Notes: generated from the letters alone by a model not told the origin. Numbered from the stretch's first letter, positions 1 through 8,642 are shown. The stretch: 22,465 nt of DNA from Gemmatimonadota bacterium (GCA_036679605.1 JAZDCZ010000229.1:1-22465); one strand, 5' to 3'. Numbers and translations are program-made.

Positions 1-1
1 G

Positions 2-271
2 GTGACGCCGTGCGGGTCGGTGGCGTACAAGATGGCGCTGGTCGCGGCCGGCCGGGCCGACGCCACCTGGACGCTCGTGCCCAAGAGCGAGTGGGATGTA
101 GCGGCGGGCGTCGCATTGGTTCGGGCGGCGGGTGGGGTGGTGATGCATGCCGATGGGAGCGCCCCGCGCTTCAATCAGGAGCGCCCTCTGCTCCCCAACC
201 TGCTGGCTGGAAGCCCACGCCTGCTCGACGAGTTCAGGTCGGGGTGGCTCAGCCCCGATACTTCACCGTAA
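2..271 (+). CDS. cysQ: 3' part of an inositol-monophosphatase-family protein, CysQ-like 3'(2'),5'-bisphosphate nucleotidase (5' end outside window)
   Basis: GSVAYKMALVAAGRAD and PKSEWDVAAGVALVRAAGG match the C-terminal IMPase/CysQ motifs (GS..YK, EWD.AAG). cysDN lies at the other end of the locus. Confidence 0.7.
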   Translation: MTPCGSVAYKMALVAAGRADATWTLVPKSEWDVAAGVALVRAAGGVVMHADGSAPRFNQERPLLPNLLAGSPRLLDEFRSGWLSPDTSP

Positions 272-305
272 CTTATCCGCTTCCAATACCCCTTTAGAGG
301 ATTCC

Positions 306-1283
306 ATGCCCCAATCCATTCTCGTCACCGGTGGCGCAGGGTTCATCGGCTCGCACGTCGTCGAAGGGCTGCTCGAGCAGGGCAAGACGGTGTTCGTGGT
401 GGACGATCTGTCCACCGGGCAGCTCAGCAATCTGAGTGCCGTGCGGGACCACCCCGAGCTGCACCTGATCGTCGACACGATCCTCAACCATCCGATGATG
501 GACGACACGCTGGGGCAGGTGGACGCCATGGTGCACCTGGCGGCGGCGGTGGGCGTGAAGAAGATCATCGACGAGCCGGTGGAGACGATTACCACCAACG
601 TGCGTGGCACCGAGATCGTGCTCGAGTGCTGCAACCGGCATGCGGTGCCGATCTACGTGGCGTCGACCTCTGAGATCTACGGCAAGGCGGGGGTGGCGTT
701 GCACGAGGAGCACGACCGCATCATGGGCAGCTCCACGCAGCGGCGGTGGGCGTACGCATGTACCAAGGTGATGGACGAGTTTCTGGCGCTTGCCTATTAC
801 CACGAGAAGGGCCTGCCTGTGGTGATTGGGCGGTTCTTCAACACCGTGGGGCCGCGGCAGACCGGTCAGTGGGGCATGGTACTACCTACCTTCGTGGATC
901 AGGCGCTCAGGGGTGAGCCGATTACCGTGTACGGAGGCGGGGCGCAGATGCGCAGCTTCTGCCATGTAGACGACTCGGTGCGCGCGGTGCTCCGGCTGAT
1001 CGACTCGCCGGAGGCGGTCGGGGAGGTGTACAACATCGGCAACTCGCACGAGATCACGATGCTTGAGTTGGCGGAGTGCGTGAGGGAGCGGACGGGGTCG
1101 TCGTCAGAGATTCTGCACGTCTCGTATGAGGATGCCTACGGCGAGGGGTTCGAGGACATGGAGCGGCGGCAGCCCGACACGACGAAGTTGAACAAGCTGC
1201 TCGGCTGGGAGCCGACCGTGACGCTGGACGGGATGATCGACGATGTGATCGCGTATCACGAGGCTGAGGTGGGGGCGAGCTAG
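306..1283 (+). CDS. NAD-dependent NDP-sugar epimerase/dehydratase (extended SDR)
   Basis: ATG 306 follows AGAGGA. Motifs ILVTGGAGFIGSH, HLAAAVGV, ASTSEIYG, YACTK (YxxxK), RFFNTVGPRQ. Substrate cannot be assigned. Confidence 0.9.
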   Translation: MPQSILVTGGAGFIGSHVVEGLLEQGKTVFVVDDLSTGQLSNLSAVRDHPELHLIVDTILNHPMMDDTLGQVDAMVHLAAAVGVKKIIDEPVETITTNVRGTEIVLECCNRHAVPIYVASTSEIYGKAGVALHEEHDRIMGSSTQRRWAYACTKVMDEFLALAYYHEKGLPVVIGRFFNTVGPRQTGQWGMVLPTFVDQALRGEPITVYGGGAQMRSFCHVDDSVRAVLRLIDSPEAVGEVYNIGNSHEITMLELAECVRERTGSSSEILHVSYEDAYGEGFEDMERRQPDTTKLNKLLGWEPTVTLDGMIDDVIAYHEAEVGAS

Positions 1284-1305
1284 GGCCCGGTTGTGCGGCG
1301 GTCCG

Positions 1306-1355
1306 GATAATCGCCATGCAGGATGGCGATTATCGCCACGCACGTGGGCGATTTT
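1306..1355. repeat. Tandem pair of 21-bp palindromic units (ATCGCC-N9-GGCGAT) followed by TTTT; operator or terminator/attenuator candidate
   Basis: 1310-1330 ATCGCCATGCAGGATGGCGAT and 1332-1352 ATCGCCACGCACGTGGGCGAT (17/21 identical). Perfect 12-bp stem GATAATCGCCAT (1306-1317) / ATGGCGATTATC (1323-1334). Confidence 0.75.
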
Positions 1356-1385
1356 ACAAACCTTGGGAACGACGGGGGTTTTGGG

Positions 1386-2261
1386 GTGAAGGTTTTGATC
1401 ACCGGCGCGGCCGGACTGTTGGGCTCGGCGGTGGTGGAGGCTGCGCGGCAGAGGGGCCACCAGGTGGTCGCCTGCGACCGGGCCGCTCTGGACATCACCC
1501 AGCCCGAGTCGGTGCGTGCGGTGGTTGCTGCCGAGCGCCCCGAGCTGGTGGTGAACTGTGCGGGGTTCACGGCCGTGGACGCCGCAGAGACCCAGCCCGA
1601 GCTCGCGATGGCGGTAAACTGTGAGGGTGCCCGCAATGTGGCCCAGGCGGCGCACGGGATCGGGGCGCGGATGGTGCATGTGAGCACGGACTACGTCTTT
1701 GACGGAGAGTCCGACCGACCGTACACCCCTGACGACACTCCCAACCCTCTCGGCGCGTACGCGCAGAGCAAGCTTGCGGGCGAAGAGGCGGTGCGGGCGG
1801 TGTGGGATGACGCGGCGGACGGCGCTGGCGGGCTGATCCTCCGCACCGGGTGGCTGTACGGCGCAGGCGGGAAGAACTTTGTGGATGCGATGCTGAGGGC
1901 GGGCAAGGCGCGCCCAGAGGGGGTGCTGACCATCGTAGACGACCAGACCGGGGGACCCACCTGGACGGGAAGCCTGGCGCCGGCGCTGATTGCGCTCGCT
2001 GAGCAGGGAGCAACCGGCGTGCTCCACCTCTCTGACGCCGGCGAGGCCACCTGGCTGGAGCTGGCGTGTGAGGCGTTTCGCATCTCAGCCTTTGCGGGGG
2101 AGCTGCCCAGCGGGGTGAGCAGCGAGGCGTGGGGTGCGCCGGCCCAGAGGCCTACCTACTCGGTGCTGGACACCGCTGCGGCCAACACCCAGCTCGGGCG
2201 CGCCATGCCGCACTGGAAGGACTCGCTGCGGAGCTACCTCCAGCCAGGTGCCACGGAATGA
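1386..2261 (+). CDS. rmlD: dTDP-4-dehydrorhamnose reductase
   Basis: GTG 1386 gives VKVLITGAAGLLG. Motifs NCAGFTAVDAAE, HVSTDYVFDG, YAQSKLAGE, LRTGWLYG, DQTGGPT, RPTYSVLD. Confidence 0.93.
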   Translation: MKVLITGAAGLLGSAVVEAARQRGHQVVACDRAALDITQPESVRAVVAAERPELVVNCAGFTAVDAAETQPELAMAVNCEGARNVAQAAHGIGARMVHVSTDYVFDGESDRPYTPDDTPNPLGAYAQSKLAGEEAVRAVWDDAADGAGGLILRTGWLYGAGGKNFVDAMLRAGKARPEGVLTIVDDQTGGPTWTGSLAPALIALAEQGATGVLHLSDAGEATWLELACEAFRISAFAGELPSGVSSEAWGAPAQRPTYSVLDTAAANTQLGRAMPHWKDSLRSYLQPGATE

Positions 2262-3037
2262 AGGGCCTTAAGGGCGTGGTACTCGCCGGCGGACTCGGCA
2301 CGCGCATGCTGCCGATGACGCGGGTGACCAACAAGCACCTGCTTCCCGTGTACGACCGGCCGATGGTGTACTTCCCCATCCAGCAGCTCGTGCACGCGGG
2401 CGTGCGTGAGGTGCTCGTGGTCACCGGGGGCAACCACGCGGACGAGTTCAACCGGCTGCTGGGCAACGGAGAGGACTTCGGGTTCGACGGCATCCAATAC
2501 GCCTACCAGGAGGGTGAGGGGGGCATCGCCGAGGCGCTGGGGTTGGCGAGGGAGTTCGCCGAGGGCGGGTCACTCTGCGTGATCCTGGGCGACAACATCT
2601 TCGAGCGACCCATCCGGCCGGCTGTGGAGGCCTACCGCGACGCCGGCGGGCAAGGGGCGATGATCCTGCTCAAGGAGGTGGACGATCCCGAGCGGTTCGG
2701 TGTGGCCGAGGTTGAGGGCGACCGTGTGGTCCGGATCGAAGAGAAGCCCTCCGACCCCAGGAGTTCGCTTGCCGTTACCGGATGCTACCTCTACGACGCG
2801 CGCGTCTTCGAGATCATCGACGGCCTCGACCCCTCGGCGCGGGGCGAGTTGGAGATCACCGATGTGAACAACCGCTACATCGAGTGGGGTGCGATGCGTC
2901 ACGCCGAGGTTACGGGGTGGTGGACCGATGCCGGCACGATTCCCTCGTTGTACCGCGCGACGCAGTTCGTGGCGGAGTCGGCGGGAAATGCTGTGCTGCG
3001 GGGGGCGGGCGCCACGCCGGCTGGAGACCGGCCATGA
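2258..3037 (+). CDS. rmlA: Glucose-1-phosphate thymidylyltransferase (short form)
   Basis: ATGA overlap with rmlD. Motifs GVVLAGGLGTRMLPMT, NKHLLPVYDRPM, LGDNIF, EEKP, SARGELEITD, WWTDAGT. Confidence 0.93.
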   Translation: MKGLKGVVLAGGLGTRMLPMTRVTNKHLLPVYDRPMVYFPIQQLVHAGVREVLVVTGGNHADEFNRLLGNGEDFGFDGIQYAYQEGEGGIAEALGLAREFAEGGSLCVILGDNIFERPIRPAVEAYRDAGGQGAMILLKEVDDPERFGVAEVEGDRVVRIEEKPSDPRSSLAVTGCYLYDARVFEIIDGLDPSARGELEITDVNNRYIEWGAMRHAEVTGWWTDAGTIPSLYRATQFVAESAGNAVLRGAGATPAGDRP

Positions 3038-4029
3038 AGCTCCTGGTCACCGGTGGCGCCGGGTTCATCGGCTCGAACCTGGTGCGGCACCTGCTCAACA
3101 CCCACGAAGATGTCGAGATCGTGAACCTCGACGCGCTCACCTACGCCGGCAATCTGGCCAGCCTGACAGACATCGAAGACGATCCGCGCTACGGGTTCGT
3201 GCACGGCGATATCTGCGACGCCGATACCGTGCGCCCGCTCATGGAGGGCACCGACGCGGTGCTCCACCTGGCCGCCGAGTCGCACGTGGATCGGTCGATC
3301 GAATCGGACGCGCCATTCGTACGTACGAATGTGATCGGAACCTACGTACTCCTCGCGGCGGCGCTCGAGGCGGGGGTAGGCCGGTTCGTGCAGGTCTCGA
3401 CCGACGAGGTATACGGCGAGCTCCCGTGGAGCGACCCCGAGCACCCGGACCCAGAACCGGGGTCCGAGGCCGCGCGGTTCACCGAGGACACCCGGCTCGC
3501 TCCCCGCTCGCCGTACTCGGCCACCAAGGCCGCTGGCGACCTGTTGGCGCTGTCGTACCACACCACGCACGGCATGGACGTGGTCGTCACCCGCAGTTCG
3601 AACAACTACGGGCCCTTCCAGCACCCAGAGAAGCTCATTCCGCTGATGGTGACCCATGCGATCGATGGGTCGTCTCTACCTGTGTACGGCGATGGACTCA
3701 ACATTCGGGACTGGATTCATGTGGAAGATCACTGCCGAGGGATCGATGCCGCGCTCAGGCAGGGAAAAGCGGGGCGGGTGTACAACTTTGGAGGGGACGC
3801 CGAGCGGACCAACCTCCAGGTCGTGCGCGCCATTCTGGGGGCTGTGGGCGCCAGCGAGGACCTCATCGAGTTCGTTCCTGACCGAAAGGGCCACGACAGG
3901 CGGTATGCCATCGACGCTTCCCGGGCCCATACGGAGTTGGGCTGGAGTCCTCAAGCTGATTTCGATGCGGCGCTTCCCGAGACCGTCAAATGGTACGTCG
4001 AGCAAAAAGGGTGGTGGCGAGCCGTGTAA
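3034..4029 (+). CDS. rmlB: dTDP-glucose 4,6-dehydratase
   Basis: ATGA overlap with rmlA. Motifs LLVTGGAGFIGSN, DALTYAGN, HLAAESHVDRSI, VSTDEVYG, SPYSATKA, NNYGPFQHPEKLIP, GHDRRYAID. Confidence 0.96.
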   Translation: MKLLVTGGAGFIGSNLVRHLLNTHEDVEIVNLDALTYAGNLASLTDIEDDPRYGFVHGDICDADTVRPLMEGTDAVLHLAAESHVDRSIESDAPFVRTNVIGTYVLLAAALEAGVGRFVQVSTDEVYGELPWSDPEHPDPEPGSEAARFTEDTRLAPRSPYSATKAAGDLLALSYHTTHGMDVVVTRSSNNYGPFQHPEKLIPLMVTHAIDGSSLPVYGDGLNIRDWIHVEDHCRGIDAALRQGKAGRVYNFGGDAERTNLQVVRAILGAVGASEDLIEFVPDRKGHDRRYAIDASRAHTELGWSPQADFDAALPETVKWYVEQKGWWRAV

Positions 4030-4169
4030 AACATCGGTAAGTATATGGGGAACATGTCGTACCACAGGTGTAGGTTTAGCGAAGTGATGAATCAGGAGAC
4101 CGCCCCCCCCGCGCTCGCTGGTCACGAGTATGCTATTCCCGTCGACCTTGTGAATGGAATTGGGGCATT

Positions 4170-5663
4170 GTGAACCCGTTAGTTGAACTGCAGGAAATTG
4201 AGATTCCACCGGCCAAGGCCGAGTGGGTCCGACGGCCTCCCGAACTGAGGCTTGCGGTCCAGACTCGGGCGCGCAGGCACCTTTTTGCCCACGGTGTTCG
4301 AGACGCTGGGCGTTGGCTCGCATTGGGTCTCACGGATGCCGGTGCCTTTTTCAGCGCCCGAGCTGTCGCCAGGTTCCTCCGCGTAGAGGAATCGTTTGCT
4401 GGGCTTCTCCCGACCGGGTACCTCGGTGGCTTCCAGTTCGCGGTAGCGCTTGGAATGGCCCTGGTATTCGTGGGCGCATACCGGCGAGCGAGTGGGTGGC
4501 GGTCGCCTCGGCGGTGGGCGGCCGGAGTTCTTCTGGCCACCGGGCTGGTCCTTTGGCAATCCCTTTGGACGGTGCATCCCATTTCGGTGTTGCTCCGGTA
4601 CGTCATCACTGCGGGGTCCGTCTTCGCCGTGCTCGCGGTGGCTCGCGGGATGCTGGTTGTGGCGGTTCACCGCCTGCGAAGCCGGTTTGGCGGATCGGTT
4701 GCGACCGTGGTCATCGGAAAGCAGGATGCCCTCGCCCGAGCCGGCCAGAGTCCGATCTTCGCACCGGGTGCCGGCCACCGGGTGGTTGATATGGTTCCGA
4801 TTGAGGGACCCTTTGGGCACCCGGTTGCGTTGGGGGCTGAGCTCTCGCGAGTCCTGCTTGCCACGGGAGCCGGCACGTTGTTCATTGCCGGGAATGTGTC
4901 GAACGAGCAGTTCAGGCGGATCGTGGAGGTCGCTCAGTCCGCGGGATGCGAGCTTGGGAGTATCTCCCGTTCATTGGAAATCGCCGGGGTCGTTGCCAAA
5001 CCCCGCGTGTACAACCACGTGCCGGTCACCGTCCTGACCCGGCCGGGTCTTCAGGCACATCAACTGTTGGTGAAGCGGGTGGTGGATGCGATGTGCGCCG
5101 GGGTTGGGCTGGTGATCCTCTCTCCCCTTCTTCTCGCAGTTGCGGCTTCCGTAAAGCTTTCGTCGAAGGGCCCCGTTTTCTTCCGTCAGCGGCGCATAGG
5201 GGTTGGGGGCAGTTGCTTCACGATGCTCAAGTTCAGGACCATGCGGGATGGTGCGGATGGTGAGAAGGCCGCCCTTCAGCACCTGAATTCCTCGGGAGAC
5301 CCGCGCCTGTTCAAGATATCCAAAGATCCAAGGGTGACCTGGGTGGGACGATTCCTACGGGCTTGGAGCCTCGATGAGTTGCCCCAGCTAGCCAACGTAC
5401 TAAAGGGGGATATGTCGCTGGTGGGCCCGCGTCCGTTTCCAGAGTCCGATCTGCAAGGTTACATGGATCACCACTATGAGAGGTTTGCGGTGCGTCCGGG
5501 CATTACGGGGCTGTGGCAGGTCGGAGGGCGAAGTGACATCGCCGACTTCGAGACGGTGGTCCGCCTGGATCGCCAGTACATCATCGGTTGGTCGCTGGGT
5601 TTGGACTTCAAGATTCTTCTCAAGACGATTCCGGTGATTTTGAAGAGGCGGGGCGCGCGGTAA
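4170..5663 (+). CDS. Priming undecaprenyl-phosphate glycosyl-1-phosphate transferase (WcaJ/WbaP/CpsE type)
   Basis: Several N-terminal hydrophobic segments, then the bacterial sugar transferase domain: KRVVD, GPVFFRQRRIG, KFRTM, DPRVTWVGRFLRAWSLDELPQL, MSLVGPRP, RPGITGLWQV. Start uncertain. Confidence 0.92.
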   Translation: MNPLVELQEIEIPPAKAEWVRRPPELRLAVQTRARRHLFAHGVRDAGRWLALGLTDAGAFFSARAVARFLRVEESFAGLLPTGYLGGFQFAVALGMALVFVGAYRRASGWRSPRRWAAGVLLATGLVLWQSLWTVHPISVLLRYVITAGSVFAVLAVARGMLVVAVHRLRSRFGGSVATVVIGKQDALARAGQSPIFAPGAGHRVVDMVPIEGPFGHPVALGAELSRVLLATGAGTLFIAGNVSNEQFRRIVEVAQSAGCELGSISRSLEIAGVVAKPRVYNHVPVTVLTRPGLQAHQLLVKRVVDAMCAGVGLVILSPLLLAVAASVKLSSKGPVFFRQRRIGVGGSCFTMLKFRTMRDGADGEKAALQHLNSSGDPRLFKISKDPRVTWVGRFLRAWSLDELPQLANVLKGDMSLVGPRPFPESDLQGYMDHHYERFAVRPGITGLWQVGGRSDIADFETVVRLDRQYIIGWSLGLDFKILLKTIPVILKRRGAR

Positions 5664-5789
5664 ACTGCGGCGGCCCTCCGATTCACCATCTGCGGAAGGC
5701 AAAATCCCAGGATTGGTTTGGCATATTGCTCAGCTGAGCCGCTGGGCGTCGAAGTCAATCCATGCCGAAGTTGACCCCTGGGTACGACC

Positions 5790-5875
5790 CCACAGCGCCT
5801 GCGGCGGTCTACGCCCAGGCCTCAATCGGCTCGGATTTTCACCCGCGTAGTGGACGAGATTCGGTGGACGGGGCA
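5790..5875 (+). mobile_element. Possible right-end remnant of an IS3-family element
   Basis: Frame reading ...TAPAAVYAQA resembles IS3 transposase C-termini. It is followed by GTGGACGAGATTCGGTGGACGGGGCA, ending in CA like IS3 terminal repeats. Resemblance from memory only. Confidence 0.3.
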
Positions 5876-6042
5876 TAGAATAGCAGCTCGAGAATCAATT
5901 ATGGGACGGCTAGTAGCGAGAGAGCGGCAAGGCACACATCTTGGCATGGGCGCAGCGACGGTGTCGCGGTAGGCAATATCGCGTAGCGTTCAACTTTCGG
6001 GGAGAATGATTGTTCAGATGCACCGACAGGGTACCCGTCCTT

Positions 6043-6206
6043 TCCGAGGCCCGTAGGTGCCTGCTGGACTATGACTACATCATGAACCAGCAGCGCGAGG
6101 TCATCTACGACACGCGCCTATTCGCCGTAGACGGGGCGAGGACGTGAAGCGCGAGACCTGGGAGATGGGCGAGGGCGCTGCCGAGACCGCGCTGGACGAG
6201 TACGTC
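6043..6206 (+). pseudogene. secA: Isolated, frameshifted internal fragment of secA (helical scaffold region)
   Basis: 6046-6132 reads EARRCLLDYDYIMNQQREVIYDTRLFAVD, matching the SecA consensus F.ARK.LL.YDDVMN.QR.VIY..R. A 1-nt shift in GGGG (6133-6136) continues as GEDVKRETWEM...ALDEYV. No start or rest of gene present. Confidence 0.8.
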
Positions 6207-6274
6207 CGGGCGAGTTACCGGAGCGAAGTCCAGGGACTAGCGTGAGGAGTTCTTCTATCCGGTCTATCCGCTAC

Positions 6275-7519
6275 ATGCGTCGGTCCGCGGCCGCGATGCG
6301 CCACATGATTCGAGAACCGTTGCTCTACATGGGCGGATCCGGGATCCAGCGTGGCTTACCCTTCCTTCTTCTCCCTGTCTACACGCGCTTCCTGACGCCT
6401 GAGGGGTTCGGACTTCTGAGTTTGGCGCTCGTGGGCGCCAGCGTTGCTGGCATCTTTATTGGGTTGAATGGACAGGTCTATATCGTGACTAAGTACTTCG
6501 ATATTGGCCCGCAGGAAATCCGTAGTACCATCAGATTCATACTTCAGCTTGTTATGGTTAGCCTAGGAGCCTTTCTGGCTGGGGGCGTGGCGTGGGCCCT
6601 CCTCTTGCCGATAGTTGGGTTTGGCCCGTCCGTGATCGTGACGTTGCTATTACTCGGCGCGAGTCGCTCCGTTCTAGCCACGTTTCTTGCGGTACGCCAG
6701 GTCGAATTTCGACCTGGGGCGTTCTTTGGATACAGCGCCGCGACCGGGGTGCTTGGCGCGACTGCAATCCTCGCTTTCCTCCACTTGAGCCACGGTGATT
6801 GGCGGGCCGCCCTGGTGGGAGAGACAGTCGTCACGGTTCTGGTCTCCTTGGTTCTGGCCGCGCGGGCGAAGCTCGGGCGGGGGAGGTGGTATTCAGTCGA
6901 CTCGCAGGTAGCCCTTCGATACGTGAGTTTCGCGCTTCCTCTGGTGCCGCACGCGCTCGCCCTCTGGGTCATGTCGTTCATCGATAGGGTCATGCTTGCG
7001 ACAATGGTGGGGCCGAGTGCAGTGGGCTACTTCTCGGCAGCCTATACCGCCGGCCTAGCGCTTTCATTGGTCTACGAGGCCCTCCAACGAACGTGGCAGC
7101 CGCGCTTCTTTCGCTTCCTTAGCAGCGGGACGGCGGGACTCGGGCCGGCCAATAGGCTCGCGAGAGTGATCATGGGGATGACAGTGGTGCTCGGGGCGGT
7201 ATTCATGTTGGCAGGGGTGCCGCTGTTCCCGATTATCGCTGGGCCGGACTACGCGGACGCGAGCGTCTGGCTCATACCTATCGGCCTGGGGCTTATCTTT
7301 CACGGCCTGCATCGCGTCGTTGCCAGCTACCTATACCACTGGGGCGACACCAGGGCGGTCGGTCTCATTACAATGGCTGGCGCGTTCGTCAATGTCTTCG
7401 CGAACCTCATCTTGATTCCGAAATACGAGGGGATGGGGGCAGCCCTCTCGACACTGTTGGCGTATTTCTTTGTGGCCCTTGTCACGGCGGGGCGGGTCAC
7501 GTTTATCCGACCGCGCTAG
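6275..7519 (+). CDS. wzx: Wzx oligosaccharide flippase
   Basis: Many hydrophobic segments. Motifs LPFLLLPVYTRFLTPEGFG, FALPLVPH, IDRVML, VGYFSAAY, NLILIPKYEGMGAALST. Start could be 6242, 6275, 6296 or 6305. Confidence 0.9.
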   Translation: MRRSAAAMRHMIREPLLYMGGSGIQRGLPFLLLPVYTRFLTPEGFGLLSLALVGASVAGIFIGLNGQVYIVTKYFDIGPQEIRSTIRFILQLVMVSLGAFLAGGVAWALLLPIVGFGPSVIVTLLLLGASRSVLATFLAVRQVEFRPGAFFGYSAATGVLGATAILAFLHLSHGDWRAALVGETVVTVLVSLVLAARAKLGRGRWYSVDSQVALRYVSFALPLVPHALALWVMSFIDRVMLATMVGPSAVGYFSAAYTAGLALSLVYEALQRTWQPRFFRFLSSGTAGLGPANRLARVIMGMTVVLGAVFMLAGVPLFPIIAGPDYADASVWLIPIGLGLIFHGLHRVVASYLYHWGDTRAVGLITMAGAFVNVFANLILIPKYEGMGAALSTLLAYFFVALVTAGRVTFIRPR

Positions 7520-7808
7520 GAGCGTGACGACCTCATTCGAGCCAAAACCGCGGGGACCCTGGCCCCCTCCCATTGAAACTGCTGCGGCAGACGCTATGGG
7601 CTCTTGACCTAGGTCGGTTGGGGCCCGATCTGTCGTAATTAGGGATGCCAGTAGGCGGTGGGCCGCCGCCGCTGTGACGGCCTTGTCAAGCTCGCTCCGA
7701 CGAGTTCTTTTCTTGGCGGTGATGGGGCCACGGACAACTGCCCCGACCGTCCCTCATCGATGCTATCCGGCTGTTCCCCCGTTGGATTCCTTCGCTCAGG
7801 TGATACAG

Positions 7809-8615
7809 ATGCAGTCACGGTTTCGTCTAAGGGAGTTGTCCCCAGCGCGCTTAGCTACCGGCGTCGGAAATCGGCTTGCGGCGGTGCCGCCTTGGCTCGC
7901 GTGGCATTTGACCAAGGAGGGATCCGATACCAGGGAGCGCCTTGAGTCGCTCCGGAACGCATACTCCGGTGAGCGGTGCTTCCTTCTCGCCAATGGCCCC
8001 AGCCTAAAGAACGTGCCCGTCGGCGCATTGAGGACCGAAATGGTGTTCTCCATGAACCGAGCATACCTAATGTACGAGGAGTGGGGGTTTACGCCGGACT
8101 TCTATGTGGCCGTCAATGACCTTGTAATCGCTCAATTTGCCCGAGACATTGAAGAAATCGATGCGCTTAAGTTCGTAGCGTGGAGCTGGCGGCGACTGTT
8201 CGCGGCTGGCCCGTCGATGAACTTCCTCCCGCTGAAGCTGAGAATTCGTGACTCCTTCAGCACGAACATCGTGGGCGGTTTGTGTTCAGGGGGGACGGTG
8301 ACCTTCGTGACGCTGCAGATCGCCTATCACCTGGGATTCAGCGAGGTGATCATCGTGGGCCTTGATCATCACTTCGGATCAATTGGCCGCCCGAACCGGG
8401 CAGAGGAGCGAACCCAGACCGAAGATACGGATCACATGCATCCCGAGTACTTTCCGAAGGGAAGTATGTGGCAGCTTCCCGACTTGCTCAGGTCTGAGAT
8501 CGCATACGGCGTGGCTCGCAGGGCTTTTGAGGCGGATGGTCGCACGATAATTGATGCGACGGAAGGTGGCTTCTGCACCGCCTTCAGGAAGGTGCCTTTT
8601 GCCGATGTGGTCTAG
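7809..8615 (+). CDS. DUF115/Maf-like (MptE-like) protein, putative CMP-ulosonate-dependent glycosyltransferase
   Basis: Motifs GERCFLLANGPSL, FSMNR, PDFYV, GGTVTFVTLQIAYHLGFSEVIIVGLDH, IIDAT. ATG 7809 follows CAGGTG; the ORF is open from 7674. Confidence 0.75.
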   Translation: MQSRFRLRELSPARLATGVGNRLAAVPPWLAWHLTKEGSDTRERLESLRNAYSGERCFLLANGPSLKNVPVGALRTEMVFSMNRAYLMYEEWGFTPDFYVAVNDLVIAQFARDIEEIDALKFVAWSWRRLFAAGPSMNFLPLKLRIRDSFSTNIVGGLCSGGTVTFVTLQIAYHLGFSEVIIVGLDHHFGSIGRPNRAEERTQTEDTDHMHPEYFPKGSMWQLPDLLRSEIAYGVARRAFEADGRTIIDATEGGFCTAFRKVPFADVV

Positions 8616-8642
8616 GCAAGAAGCGCAGCGCTGCGGTGGGGC

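Noticed and set aside
3421..3480. Pro/acidic insertion in RmlB after TDEVYGEL
   Set aside because: This loop is variable in length in RmlB proteins.
5941..5956. Sigma-54-like GG-N10-GC (TTGGCATGGGCGCAGC)
   Set aside because: The -12 element is poor, and such matches are common in GC-rich DNA.
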